From the human T2T-CHM13v2.0 reference genome, Homo sapiens, in assembly GCF_009914755.1 (NCBI RefSeq), contig NC_060928.1: a stretch of 64,000 nucleotides of DNA. The stretch is one strand, 5' to 3'. A program made the translations under genes and the position numbers. A model generated the notes under the pieces. That model saw only the letters and a program-made list of their open reading frames with translations. It was not told where the DNA came from and ran no database searches. Shown piece by piece: positions 39,787-53,360 of this stretch (position 1 is its first letter; the number at the start of each line of letters is the position of its first letter).

Positions 39787-42219
39787 GGGACTCTTTCTGG
39801 CACTGGGAAGACACCGGTGGATGAAAGAAGATGCCTGCTCTCATGCAGCTGACATCTCACAGGGGGGCGGACAGTACCAAAGGAGACAGGCCAGAGAACA
39901 AGAGAATTCTGAGTGGGCACAAGACCAGGTGGGCTCCAGGCCTAAAGAGGGCTGGGCTGGGTGAGGAGGGTGATGGGCATGTGCTTTTGGATGGTGTGGT
40001 TGAGCCCCCTGGGGGAAGAACATTGTGGGCAGGGGACAGCTGGGGCATATCTCTGAGGTGGGAATGTGCTTTGTGGATTCAAGTGCCCCGTGAGGGGGCA
40101 TGGAATGAGCCAGGGCCTGAGGATAGTTCCCACCCTCTGGGGCCCTGAGGGCTGGAAAGGTGTTCGATTTTACTTTACCTGCAAGGGGCAGCCATGGGGG
40201 AGTTGGCGTGGCTTGGTGTGCATTTAGCCCGGGTGGCTGTATTGACCGTGTTCCTTCCATAGCAGCTGGGGCTGGTTGACTTGGTCCTAGTGAGGCTCCT
40301 CCAAGAAACAGGCTTTTTCCTCCTGAGCCATGAGGCTCGTAGAGGGCCTCTGCCATCAGACAGGTGGGGTTTATAGCAGGCTGTCCGACGGTGTGCTCAT
40401 TAGACCAGATGCTGCTTGACCAGAGGGGGCCGGGATGTGGGCCAAGCCCCACCCCCACATGGCCAGGGCCTGGAGACCCAGTGCTTGTCCTAGGGGCAGG
40501 GATGAAGTGGGTGCCCAGGCCTGAGAGTGGGAGCAGAGGGGGCGGTGAGGATGAAGGAGGAGCCTCGTGGTGGCCATGCCCCCTCTGTCCTGGGCCCTGG
40601 CATGCAGCTGCTGTCTCTGGACACAATGTGCTCCCTCTATCTGCCTCCTGGCCCAGCCCAGCTGCACTTGCTGAGCCTGCTCTCACTTTCCCGGGGCCTC
40701 ATGCACTGGGGCCTAAGGTGTACCGCGTCCCGCTGCACGGGAAGGCCAGAGTTGGCCTCATCTCCGCTCTACCAGGGGCCTGGCAGGGCTGGCAAAGTAG
40801 ATGGTGCCCAGGGGGTTCACTGGGTGAATACTGTTGATTGACTCACACAGAACAGAAGTCGGAAATGCAGGAGGAGGGGCGCAGACACCCTGAGAGGCCG
40901 GGACAGCCCAACCCCCTTGTCCAGCCGCTCAAGAGTCTCAGCCCCTAAGCCGTCCCTGGGCTGCACACACTCCGTGGACTACAAGCTTGGCAAAGAGATT
41001 TCCTTCTCGGGAGAGTTTGTGCTTTGGATTCAAATGGGGGAGGACCTATTCTGACTTTCAAATGAGGTGCTGAGAGGAGGGGCTGAAATTCCAGTGCCCT
41101 CTGCAGAGATGATTGGGGCCTCAAGAGCACTGACCAGCTGCGGCTCCTCAGCCCCTGCCTGCCTAGAGCCTGCCTCCCCACCCCCATCCAGACTGTTTCA
41201 GTTTCTGCTGAAATCTACTAGGGCCTTGAGGACAGCCCTGCCCTTTTTTTTATCTTTTTCTGTATTCCAGTAGCTCTAGTTCCCAGTTCTGCCCTCAATG
41301 GGTGTTATCACACATAGGAAATGCCTTTATGAACTGTGCATTATTACGTAAGTATCACTCAGCAATGGGGTCAAATATTATTTATGTATTAATAACTGCC
41401 AGTTTTGCAAATGGCCTTAGGTAGCTTACTTGTGTACTTACATTTCACTAAGATAACAAATAGTTGAGGGAATTAGCACAAAGAGCACATAATGATAGCA
41501 AAAGAACAAAACTGAATGTAAGATGAGGAGCATCCTAGCAGCCAAAGCGAAAAGGAGAACTGGATTGGTTACAGTAGTCCTGCGACCCAGAGATAAAGCA
41601 AGTTGGTTTCCCAGGAGAATCATGGCTTTCTGTGGATGCTGGGATCGAGTGAAATACAGCCCACGGGCCTCCTTAGTGGCTGGTGTAAAACTGCACAGTA
41701 ATGCCCTGCTGGCCTAAGGAACCAAGAGGTAGACCTTGATCCTGAGGAGACCACGTTCAGACTCCCACACCCATGGCTCTGAGGGGGGTCAGAGCACCAG
41801 GAGGGCTGGGAGGATGTGGGGAGGCTCCTAGGAGGTAGCACCTGTGCCCTTGCCTACTCAGTCTGTGGGGGTTGAGGGCTGGGTTCCCACTCAGGAATCC
41901 CTTCAGTCACAGGCAGGCCCACTGCCACGTGGCTAGGGGTAGAGGGTGGCGTTCAGAGTCAGCCCCATCTTTCCCTGTCCCTCCTGGGGTCAGGTCCTGA
42001 TTTGCCACTATCACTCTACCCTGGATTCTCCCCATTCCCCAGTTTCCCCTCCACCCCCGAGAAATGGGAACAGAACCCCCATCTCCCAGGAATCCTGGGA
42101 GGGAGAACTTATTCCAAGCCCCTGGAGAGCTGGGCACGTCATTCCAGCTTCAGTTATTTGAAGGACTGCACTCTTGACACTGGTATACACCACACATCTC
42201 ATGGGAGGGGACGGGGACT

Positions 42220-42455
42220 AACATTTGCAGAGACCCCACTGTATACCACATGGGCTACCTGGGTCCTAGGATCTGAGGCCCACACCATCCTTACGCGATG
42301 GGTCTCTCACAGGGATCTCCTGTTTCCCAGCCAGGGTCTTGCAGGCTTGGGGAGGAGGGTGCCCAGATCCCACAACCAGCAGGTGTCGGGGCTGGGATTC
42401 AAACCCAGGCAGTCTGGCTCTAAAGCCTATTCCCTTTCCACTAAGCCAGGCTGCC
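42220..42455 (-). mobile_element. MIR
   Basis: gctgggattcaaacccaggcagtctggctctaaagcc...tttccacta. Confidence 0.75.
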
Positions 42456-43544
42456 TCGGCAGCCTCCCTGACGAGATGGCTTTGGGTTTTGCTCTGCTTG
42501 TTCTCCCACCTGGGTGTCTTGCAATGGTGGCCTATCACGTAGCTGGTGGTGAGGCAGGTGGCTGCAGGGAGCTGAGACAGGGCTGCAGTTGGAGGAGGAA
42601 TTTGGAGTGCCAGAGCCTCTTGGGGTGGATGCACAGGACTCCTAAATGCTGCCCACCTGGAATCTAACAGGTGCCCCTGCAGCTCCAACTGGGCAACAGG
42701 CCGGGGAAGGGACCGTCTGCCGGCGTCACCATCTCCGCCCAGCCCAGCTGTCATGAGAGGATGTGGGAACTGCGCGGGGTTAGTCCTTGACAGGTGGGAC
42801 TGTGATTCACCCCTGCCGTGCTCACTCTCCCGGCACACTTTAATTACAGTGAAAAGCAGGGGAGAGACTGGTCCTGTGGCTCCTGGGCTTGTCCTAGCTG
42901 GCTGCAGCCTGGGCCACCAGGCCAGGCGATGGGCTTTTTGCCAGGAGACCTCCTCCACCCTGCAAAAAACAAAACAAAACAAAAAACTCCACCTTGAGTC
43001 CCATGTGCTTTTAAAAGCAGACGGAAAGTGTGGGTGTGAGGTGGGGAAGCCAGGGGTGAAAAAGACACAAAACCCATCACGTGTAAATGGAGGTGCAAGA
43101 GCTGTCATTTTCCTTTCAAACCGAGGGCGGTTTTGTCACTTCCCCAGTCGATGCTGCTGGTGGCAGCGTGGGGTGCTGGTTGAGCCCACAGAAGCTGGCG
43201 GCAGCTCCTGGATTTGACTCTGGCTCTGCTGAGCGCCCTGGCCTGGGAGGAGTCTCTCAACCTCTCCGTGAGATGGGAGGGCAGAAGGCAGTGGGGATGT
43301 GGGTGGCGCACAGGACCTCGGGCTGCAGACGAGGCTGTCATCCTGCTGCTGAGTGCATGCACCAAGCTCATCTGCATCATCTCCCCAGGTCCCCAGGCCC
43401 CCTTGGGTGGGGCGGGTGTTGGCCCCATCTGCAGATGAGGAGGTGCAGGGCACTGGGGAGTAGGTGGGGGGCTTTTCATCTTGGCTCTTTCCCTCTGGAC
43501 AAAGGCACTTCAGGTGTGGCTCCAACACCTGCCAGCCAGGCAGC

Positions 43545-43695
43545 GCGCTTCACCTCCATGAGCCTCAGTGTCTGCGTCTGTTAAGTGGGGGTGATTGCTT
43601 TGAGGTTTAAATTAAATGTTGGCAAAAACCTACCTCCCGTGGTGCCCAGCACATCACAGACCCCTAGGAAATAATGAATGAATGAATGAATGAAG
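43545..43695 (+). mobile_element. MIR/L2 tail with (GAAT)n
   Basis: tgagcctcagtgtctgcgtctgttaagtggggg...gtgcccagcacat...aatgaatgaatgaatgaa. Confidence 0.7.
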
Positions 43696-45389
43696 CAGGC
43701 AAGAAGGAACAGCTGGAAAAGCTAACTGGTTATCTTTATTCCTGAAAGGAGAAATTTGGGGAAAACTGTTGGTCTCACACAGCTGCAGGGCACTCGGGGC
43801 TTTCACTGGGCACCCTAAGGGCCTAAATGGGGCTGGGGGCAGCTCCGTGGAACTCAATGGTTTTAACTCTATGGATCTGGACTGTACTTTGCTGCGAGGT
43901 AATGAGTTCACTATACCTTGGGGACATGCACGGCGCTCTGGAAGGCCCCTTGGCAGGGCTTTTCCAGGCCTGGCCCTTCTCAGATGAGGGAATCAAGTGA
44001 CTATGAAATTTCCCTGCAGCCTGAGCTCTGGGACCTTCCCTCCCCCCACGCCCACCCTCCGGTCTTCTTGCTCTTCAGGCACAGAGACACCCGTTACCAT
44101 CCTCTAAGCATCTGTTGAGCACCAGACATAGGCAGTGATAACCCAGCGGGATCCATGCACTGGCGGGCGGGGCGGAGTTGGGGGGTTGGTGCGTGGTACA
44201 GGGGGAGCCAAGAGAGTGGGAACCTCAATGTCCCTGAGTGGAGGGCGTGGGAGTGAGCAGGGAGGGCTTCTCATGGGAAGGGTCTTTGATGTTTTGATGT
44301 TCCAGTGGATTTCAGGGAATGGGGCAGCAGGGAAGGGTGTCAGGATGGAGAGATCAGCATTTACAGAGGCTCAGAGGCAGGTGGTGAGGGGCTGTGTTCT
44401 GGGAGCTTCTGGATAGGGGTTTGACCACATCACAAGATAAATAGTGGGGATGGGAGGCTCCAGGGGAGTTAGGATCACTGAGGGCCTAAGACAGAGGGTT
44501 CTGTCCTGCTGGCAGGAGGGTGTGGGGGTGCTCAGCAGGGGTGTCAGGATCTGGTTTACAGAGTCCTTGAGTCCACAGGTCATAGTGTGACCCTGGCATC
44601 GGGTGGCTGCTTGCTTCTGTCTCCTCGTCTGTAAAGTGGGTACAGCAGTGCCCCCCTCTTGGCTGTGAGACTGCAGTGGTGATGCCACACCCGGCCTGGT
44701 GCCCACAGCCCTGCCGCCCCAGCCGTGGATCTGCCTTCCCCTCCCCAAGCCTAAGCGTGAAGCATGGGGCTGCCGGCATGGGAACCTTGCCGAGGTCTGT
44801 TTTCTTAGGCAGACTCATCACCTGAACTGAACATTGGGGAATCTCTTCGTCCAGGTCAATTTGGAGCTGGTGCCAAGCACCCAAGGGGTGTGGAGGCTCA
44901 GCAGGGACCCCGGCCTGGTGCTGGGTACACACCACAGTGATGACAGCCTCGCCGCCAGGGCATGATGTCCTTTTCACCCTCTTGTCACCCTCCCAAGCCT
45001 GGGACAGCGGAGAGGCTGGAGGCGCTGTGACCCAGGCCCTGGTCAGGGGCCAGCCAAGCTTCCGCAGGCCCAGTGTCCGGGGCAGGAAGCGCTGCCGGCC
45101 GGAGGTGGGACAGGGCAGCTCCAGGGCTGGGGAGAGGCTGGCACAAGGCCAGCACGCCCTTGCTGCTGAACAGCCCCATTGATGGGCAGGCAGCGGGCAG
45201 TCAGGGTGCAGTGGCCTCTCCTGTTGTCCCCTGGTCACCCGTGGCTGAGGGCCTCCGGGCCTCCACCCCTGCCCACAGCTGCTTGGCAAGTCCTCCCAGG
45301 CTGTGTCACTGTGACCTGGATCCAGCTCTCCCCTGTCCCTGTTCTGATCTGCTTCACGGGGGGCTGGCAGGCCTGCAGAGTTAGGTGCT

Positions 45390-45790
45390 GGATGAGCCTC
45401 CTGCAGCTGCCGCCGCAACGTTCCACCGAGCTGGGGGCGTCAAACAACAGAAATGCATCCTCTTCCTGTTCTGGAGGCAGAGGTCTATAATCAAGGGAGT
45501 TATTGGGCCACTGGGCCTCCCAGGAGTCAGGAGGCTTTGGGGGAGGATCCTCCTCACCTGTCCCACCTCCGGTGGCTCCTGGCGAGGCTCTGTGCTCCTC
45601 GGCTTGCACCACATCCCTCCGTCTGGCTCTGTCTTCACGTGGCCCCTCCCTGTGTGTCTCTGTGTCCAGACCTCCGCTCCTCTCTTGTCTAAAGACACAG
45701 GGACGGGATTAGTATGAGCTCATCTTTATGTGGTTACATCTGCAAAGACCCCATTTCCAAGTAAGGTCACGTTTTGGGTCCTGGATAGAT
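45390..45790 (-). mobile_element. MLT1B/C-like solo LTR
   Basis: aaacaacagaaatgcatcctc...gttctggaggc...ctgtcttcacgtggcc...ttacatctgcaaagaccccatttccaagtaaggtcac. Confidence 0.85.
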
Positions 45791-46215
45791 GGCAGCTGCC
45801 ACCCTGCACTCAGCCTCCTGACCAGAGTCCCTGCTGGTCTCCCGGCTGCGTGGCTGCTTCTGCCCCAGCGTGTGTCCCTGTCCCAGAACTGTCCTGTGCT
45901 CATGCTTTCTGGGTCCCTCCAGGCCTTTGCCCCTGCAGTGTCTCCCGGGACGTCTCTTGTCTCTTGTGCAGACCCGTCAGACCCTTTGGTGTCCTTCGAG
46001 GCCCAGCCTCTCTGTGGCTTCCCCAAGAAGCCTCTTTTCCCTTCCTGAGTGCATGAGGGCTTGGCTTGTGTGACCGCCCCCCCCAACCCCGCCCCCGGCA
46101 ACGTTGCTTTGGCTGCTCTGGGGCTGCTGACCGTGCTGTCCTGGCCAGGGCATTTGATGCCTGTTCTTGTCCCCCTCCAGACCAAGGGCTCCTGAGGTTG
46201 CGGACTCTACTATGA

Positions 46216-46770
<555 letters not shown>

Positions 46771-47903
46771 AGGTTTGTTTTAGTGAGGGCTCCTTGAGGG
46801 CTGCCCAGGTACAAGCCCCAGGTAGCCAGAGTGGAGTTCGTTCATTCATCCATCCATTGATTCATGCGAGAAGCGTTTCTGGAGCACCTTCTCGTGCTCT
46901 GCCTCAGGTACCTAGCTGCCCACCGACAGCCCTGCCCTGGCCTCACGGACTTGGGTATGTCAGAGAAGCAAGACAGATGCTTCCCTGCTCCTCACAGCTG
47001 CAAGGGGCCTTGGAGACAAGTCCTGGTCTTGCCACTCACCCAGTCTGTGGCCCCGACCAGGGGCTACCCTCAGCACTTGCTGGCAGAGTTGCCTCAGCCA
47101 GCCCATCTCTACCGTCCCTTCCGGCCTGAGGATGAGCATCCATGTCCAGCAGCCCCACTTGCCGGCACCCTTGGCAGTTAGCTCAGGGGAGGGACTGGGC
47201 TCCTGAGTCCCAAGCACCCTCCGCAGACCGCTCTTGGCTGACAACGGCTGGTCAGGTGAGGTGTGTGGCCCCCCGAGGCCAGGCCCATGCGGAGCCCTCA
47301 TGCAGGAAGGCCATGTGTGAAGGCCACACGGAGGCGACCGTGGCTCTGAATCCCTGCCAAGCCTGTGCCCCAGCCCTGGGAAAGAATCCACAGGCATTCT
47401 CCAAGTCCGGTGACTCAGAGCTCCCAAGCCGAGAGCACAGGGCCAGCTTCCTCCACTCAGTAGGGGCTCCGAATGGCCCACAGAGCCCTGGCTTACAGGC
47501 GGGCCCGGGGCCTGGGAGGGCATGGTGTCAGTCTGCCTACGTGGACCCAGCAGCATTCACACTTGGCAAGAGGACAGCCACCAGGGTCTGGGTATGTGGG
47601 AGCCAGGAGGAGCTTCAGGCAGAGCAAACGTCGTAAAAGAAGACTCTTCCCACCCATGGAGGACACCTCCCGGGCCAGCCACCCTGAGCCACGGTGGCAA
47701 TGGTTAGTGTCTGCGCTGATAGTCATGTGTGCCGCTGAGGGGGTCCCCTGAGATGCTGGACGTGGCCCCTACCCTGAACACACAGCAGCTGCAGGTAGCT
47801 CAGTCTGGGGGAGAGGCCTCTTCATGGCAGGTTTCTTTGGTGAAGACCTTCAGCCCAGTTCTCCTGCCAAACACATTGCAGGAGAGAAACACGAAGAAGC
47901 ATA

Positions 47904-48628
47904 TGTAAGTTTCCCACCGCTGCTGTAACAAATGCCCGCAAACTTACTGGCTTGAGACAGCACAAATGTACAGACAGCCCCCAACTTACAATGGCTCAAC
48001 TTAACATGTTTTGACTTCACAACAGTGTGAAAGTGACATCCATCCTGCAGAAACTGTACTTTGAATACCCATACAACCTTTCCAGGTCAGCCAGGCTCAG
48101 CCACGGTGTTTGGTGGTTAGGGGGAGTAAATGCATTTTTGACTCAGGATATTTGCAATTATGTTGCATTTATCTGGATGTGGCCCCATCTTGGGTCGAGG
48201 AGCACCTGTTTGGTCTTACACTTTGAGAGGTCAGAAGTCTGAGATGAGTCTTAAGGGACTAAGCTCAAGGTGTTGGCAGGTGCGGTTCCTTCTGGAGGCT
48301 CTAGGGGAAAATCTGGTCCCTTGCCTCCCCCAGCTTCTTAGGGGCCACCCGCATTCCAACCCCTTCCCTCACATCACTCCAGCCTCCCGCTTCCATTGCC
48401 GCCTGTCCTGGCTCCTGCTTGGTCGTCCAATCTCCCTCTTCCTCCTGCTCTACAGGGACACGTGTGATTGCATTAGGGCCATCTGGATAATCCAGGATAA
48501 TCTCCCCATCCCGAGAGCCTTCACCTAATCACATCTGCAAAAGCCCTTTGACCACGTGAGGCGACGTTCCCAGGTTTAGGGAATTAGGACATGGACACCT
48601 TTTAGGGGCTGTGATTCAGCGTATCACA
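47904..48628 (-). mobile_element. MLT1D-like solo LTR interrupted by MER47A
   Basis: gctgctgtaacaaat...aggtcagaagtctgagatg...ggataatccaggataatctccccatc...aatcacatctgcaaa...attaggacatggaca. Confidence 0.88.
47971..48208 (-). mobile_element. MER47A-like TcMar-Tigger element, internally deleted
   Basis: Ends cagacagcccccaacttacaatgg and ccccatcttgggtcgaggagcacctg resemble MER47A termini; TA immediately upstream at 47969-47970. Confidence 0.82.
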
Positions 48629-49159
48629 AAGAGCTTCTCGGCAAATTTCAGGTCAGGGCAGCTGTGCCCAAAGGTGCCTGCGCCCTCTCTGGAGGATGAG
48701 TCTGGTTGAGCTGCGATTCCTACCATCCACCCCCACGCACACCCCTGACGTCCAAGTCCAATGCTGCCTGACTGATGGGGAAAGAGCGAGTCTGTGTCAC
48801 CCTGGGGCTTGTGGCTGGGGCGAGTCCTCAGCTCTCCTGGCTCCTTCTGCTTGGCATGGCACCTCTGGAATTTAGAAATGAAATGGACATTTAGAAACAA
48901 CGGCTAGAATTTAGAAGTGAAAGTCAATGCCCGCTGTGCTCTGCAGTGCAACTTACATCCATGCTCACCTTGGAACTTCGCACCTGCCCTCAGAGGCAGG
49001 ATGTCTACCTTTGCTCAGGTGATCAAGGAAACGGAGACTTCCAGGGAAGGAACATTCCTGAGGTCTCTCAGTGAACGCTTGGCAAGCTAGGGTGCCCCCT
49101 AGGCACACCCCCAACACCTCTCCCACCACGTGTGTTCCACAGACGTGGACTCGCGGCCG

Positions 49160-49480
49160 CCATGGACAGGACGCTGTCCTCAGTGCTGGCACATCTGTGA
49201 ACAAGGCTCGCTGCCACAGCCTGCAGGCGCTCACCCTCCTGCGAGGGAGAGGAATGTGGGCGCTGAGGCTGGGGGTGAGAAGATCCAGGGTGAGGGCTCC
49301 AGGCAGAAGGAATGGCAGAAGCAGAGGCCTGAGGGAGTCTGCGCTTGGTGTGCTCCAGGGCCAGGGAGGGCTAGGGGCGGCGAGAGGCTGGGGGTGGGGA
49401 CAGGGTGGAGGAACTGGTGAGGAGGAGGCTGTGTCACATGGTGGGGGGGCTTCACCCCCATAGAGGAGTCTGGGTTTCAT
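49160..49480 (-). mobile_element. L2 fragment
   Basis: gtgctggcacatctgtgaacaagg...tccaggcagaaggaatggcagaagcagaggcctgagg. Confidence 0.65.
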
Positions 49481-49889
49481 TTTCCGTGGGCTGGAGACTG
49501 CTGTGGGGCTCGGCATGCACCTCACGTGACCTGGGCCTGGGCTGGGGCAGGTTCTTGGGGCTGGGGTGGTTGGGGTGCAGGTCTTCACTCCTGGCAGGGT
49601 GATCCTTGGCTGAGACAGCTTGGAGTCACCCTACAGCAAGGCAGAAGTGGGGGTGGGTGATCGACCCTTGCTGCAGGTATGGACCCCACACTGTGTGTCT
49701 TCATGAAGCTGGGAGTGACAGTACCCACGCGGGAAGGAGGTACGGACTGCGGTCCCCTAAGAGACCCTGGTAGAGCTGATGCCTCAGTTCAGCCACAGGT
49801 GGGAGGAAAGGGCTTTAGAGTCAGAGCAAGTGAGGGATTGAGAAACCCAGTGGGGTGTGGGAGGGAAGGGCCTGTCTTTAAGATCCTCT

Positions 49890-50050
49890 ACAGCAGCAGG
49901 TCTGAGACTCCTGTCCACCCACGCCCCCGGGGATCTTGTTAAAATGCACATTCTGATTCAGTGGGTCGGGGTGAAGCAGGAAAGTCTGTTTCTAACGAGC
50001 CCCCAGGTGGCTGACGAAGCGGGTCTGCAGAGCGCCTTGGAAGGCAGGGG
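49890..50050. mobile_element. MER5A-like hAT-Charlie element
   Basis: ggggatcttgttaaaatgcacattctgattcagtgggtc...tttctaacgagcccccaggtg. Confidence 0.75.
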
Positions 50051-51124
50051 TCAGTGGCTTCAGTCCTTTACCTCCTGTGAGCCCTGGACCCCTGCTGGGA
50101 GGATGGCAGGCGCCCCAAGTGACAGGTGGGGACACTGAGGCTGCAAGAGCGAAAGGAGCTGTCTGAGATGTCGCAGGCATTCCTACAGGGTATGACTGGG
50201 GCTGGAGCCTGGGTCTGTATCCAGCGTCCGCCCTCTGCCAGGCCGTCCTGAGAGCTGAAGACTCCCAGCTAAGGCTCTTTCTGGGGGTGAGATTAGGGGT
50301 ACAGCTTGTTAATGGAGGAGCATCCACAGGCCAGTCATGGCTCAGAGGAGAGGGAGAGAACGCATGTTTAGTGAGCACCAACTGTGTGCCTGGCATTTCC
50401 TTTGTCCTTGCTACAGGAGAGCATCCTTATCTTTGCTCCTTCAGTGCCAGGAGCTCAGGAAGGGCCTGCTGCCCTGATGTGGGGGGCTCTCAGCCAGGCC
50501 AAGGTGACCGAGAAGTGCCAGCTGGGTGTGGGATGGTTTGCCACATGCAGGCAATCCCGGGGGCCCTGTCCGCAGGCTCTGTCCACGTCTCAGCTCCTCT
50601 GAGGCTGCTCTCCAAGAACAGGACCACAGAGGCACCCGCAGCCTCCTGCAGACAGTGGGTGTTCTCCAGATAGGAATGTCGTGGCCCACAGCCAGCTCCC
50701 ATGATACAACTGCCTCTGCTTCTGTCCAGGGGAGGATGGAGGAGTCACACTGAGCCTGGAGAAATCAGCTTCCCCCGACCCACTGTGACCCCCGACCCTG
50801 GCCTAGGCAACACTCTCCGGGCTGGGCATGTTGACGGCAGACTTCAGCCCCATGAAGCAAAGCATCTAGAAGCATATGAGGGGTGCTCACCCTGAAGGAC
50901 TCAAAACTCACCCAATCCACTGGGCCACCTGTCTAGAGGCAGATGGGGAAGTCACACCCTGTGCAGGGCTGGAGCCTCCAAATCCAAACAAACCCGAGTG
51001 AGCACAAGCCCCTCTTGGCTCCCAGCGCTGCCTGTGGATGACATGACCTCAGCCTCTGATGGGGACATGGTGGCCTGGCCACTGGGGATGGGGCAGAGTG
51101 TGGGTGAGGCAGGAGGAGGGCAGG

Positions 51125-51320
51125 ATGTGGACTCTGCCACCCCCAGGCTTACGTCCCAGCTCAGCCTTTTACCAGATGTGGCCTTGGACCAGTCTCTGTT
51201 TCCACATCAGCAAAACAGGGAGAGCCGTATTTACCCTCGGAGTTTTGAGGAGGGTTAGAATAGGTGTTCCACGTGGAAGGCACCTGGCACGGAACAGGCT
51301 CCTGGGGGCTGGTCTTTATT
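51125..51320 (+). mobile_element. MIR
   Basis: tcccagctcagccttttaccagatgtggccttggac...tctgtttccacatcagcaaaacaggga. Confidence 0.75.
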
Positions 51321-52899
51321 CACGGAGTGTGTAGCTTGTTGGCTGTGGTCGTCACAGCAGGAGAGCAAGTGGATGGGACAAGGCGGTGTGGCCGTGCAGG
51401 CAGGAAGGCAGCCTGCCCCACCTCTGCCTCTGACCCCACCCCACTAGGGCATCCCATTTCTGACTGGCTGAGTTTCGGAGGAGCAGCCAAGGCAGAACCC
51501 TGGTGCCCACACCTGCCTCTTGCGTTGGGTGTTGCTTCCTCTGCCCCGGGGCTGGAGTGACTTCCTAGCTGAGTCCCCCTCTCACTTTCTGCCTAGCTGG
51601 CTGATGGGACCCACTGCAGTTACCCATGAAGCTGCTGAAGGTGTTAAACGTGTTCCTGTGTGTGATGTTGGCCGGTGCGGCAGCCCAGATGGGACATCCT
51701 CTTCTGCTCTGTTGTGGGGGTGTTTTGGTGGGACGTGCTCCCTAAACTGCACAGGGCCCAGCCTGCAGGAGGGGCTCACTCGGGGGACTTTCTGGCCCAG
51801 CCTCTGAGTTTCAAGATCGGGAGACTGATGTCCAGAGAGGGGCCACTGGGTGCCCAGGGCCCTCGTCGTCCACCTCCCTGCCTCACCTGGGGACTGGCCA
51901 GGCCCCTGACTGCGTGTGCCATTGCTTCCCCGAGACCCTGACTTAGCCCAAGCCCAGGGGCCCAGGTCTCCCCACAGGTTCCAAGCCTGTTATTTTCATC
52001 TGAAAGTTATAAGAAGGCAGCTGTGGGTGAGATACATTCAACATGAAGTTGTATCTTGTGGTCAGTGCTTTCTGTCAAAACATTTTGCCTCGCTGAGCTG
52101 GGCTGGGGAAAGGGGCCAGGGAAGCCGCATTTCTCCAGCTGGAACTCACAGTGGGAGCTGGCTGTTGACTAAGAAGGCAGGAAGAAGGCAGGGCTGGCCT
52201 CTGATCCCGCTTCTCCCATCTCTGCCCCTTGGGCCTAGCCTCCATACTCAGCTGGGGACAGCGTCCCCTGCTGCCAGAGCCGACTGGGACCTTGTCCAGC
52301 CTCACAGCTTCCTGAGGCTCCGCGTCAACTCTGGGGTGACAACCAAGCTCCTCCCCACCTTAGTCCCCCGGCCCCTCACCCTCCTCTCAAGAGCCCACGA
52401 GGGCGGCACAAGTGAAACGTCCAGGGTGCAGAGTTTAAGAAGGTGCCCACACAGGCATGTTGGGTGCAGGGCTGGGCCTGGCAGTGAGGCTCTCCCCAAA
52501 CTTTGCGCACCCCGGGTCCTGGCCCTGCTCTCAGCCCCTTCCCGCAGCAGCCACCTTGGACCTCCTCCTTCCCCAGCCTGCCTTCCTTCCCCATCACCTG
52601 GCACCTGGCGCTCCCCTACACTCCTCCCTGTCCCCCTGGTCAGTCCTCTCACCCGCCCCTCCTTCCCCAGATTCCACAGCCCCCCAGGGGCTGGTCCCCC
52701 CTCCCATTCCTCCCGTTCCTTGTTGTGTCTGCCAACCCCAGACAGTGAGCTCTGAGGGCCAGGCCTAGCACAGAACCTGACACCTGGGGGGTGCTCAGTG
52801 AGCATGCTTGAGGGGTGGCAGCTGAACTTTTGTTTGTGGGTAATTAGGAGCAGACAGTAGGGTCACCTGGACCTTGTCAGTTCCTGCAGCAACAGGGAT

Positions 52900-53360
52900 T
52901 CAGAGGCGGGGAGTGTGCACATGCGCTGAGGACACAGGGGAGGTGGACACGGTCACTGCCTTCCTGTGGTCACCGACCAACCCAAGGCAGCCCATAATGA
53001 TCAGGTGGGGAGGTTGCCACGGACAAAGTGCCTGGGCCCAGAGAGGGGAGACCTGTCCTCCTGGCCGGCTTCATGGAAGAGGTGACGTGTGAGCAGGCCC
53101 TGTAGGATGATAGGAGTTGGCCTGTGGAGCTGGCAGGGTGGGAGTTCTTGGTGAGAACAGCGAGTGTCAGTATCAGGCATCTTCTGGGAGCGGAGGGAAG
53201 TGCTCTGAGGCTGAGGATTAGGAGACGGGTGTGGAGGGAGGGAGGGAAATAAAGCTAAAGGGATGGACTGAGATGCAGTCGGCTGGGCCATGGGCTTTGA
53301 ACCTGATCTCAGTAGCAGTGGGGAGCCATGGAGAGTTTTACACAGAGGGCATCTGTGTCC
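52900..53360 (-). mobile_element. L2 fragment
   Basis: ggcttcatggaagaggtgacgtgtgagc...agcagtggggagccatggagagtttta. Confidence 0.65.

Noticed and set aside
39674-39964. ORF with reverse-transcriptase-region similarity
   Set aside because: Only a 150-bp dead L1 ORF2 fragment reading into unrelated flank.
44486-45418. Long ORFs of 279-310 aa (also 39841, 42266, 51916)
   Set aside because: No recognisable domains, several cross repeats, and such lengths occur by chance in GC-rich DNA.
50085-50100. CTCF-like CCAGCAGGGG words (also near 16566)
   Set aside because: They lack the GGC(G/A) end of the core motif.
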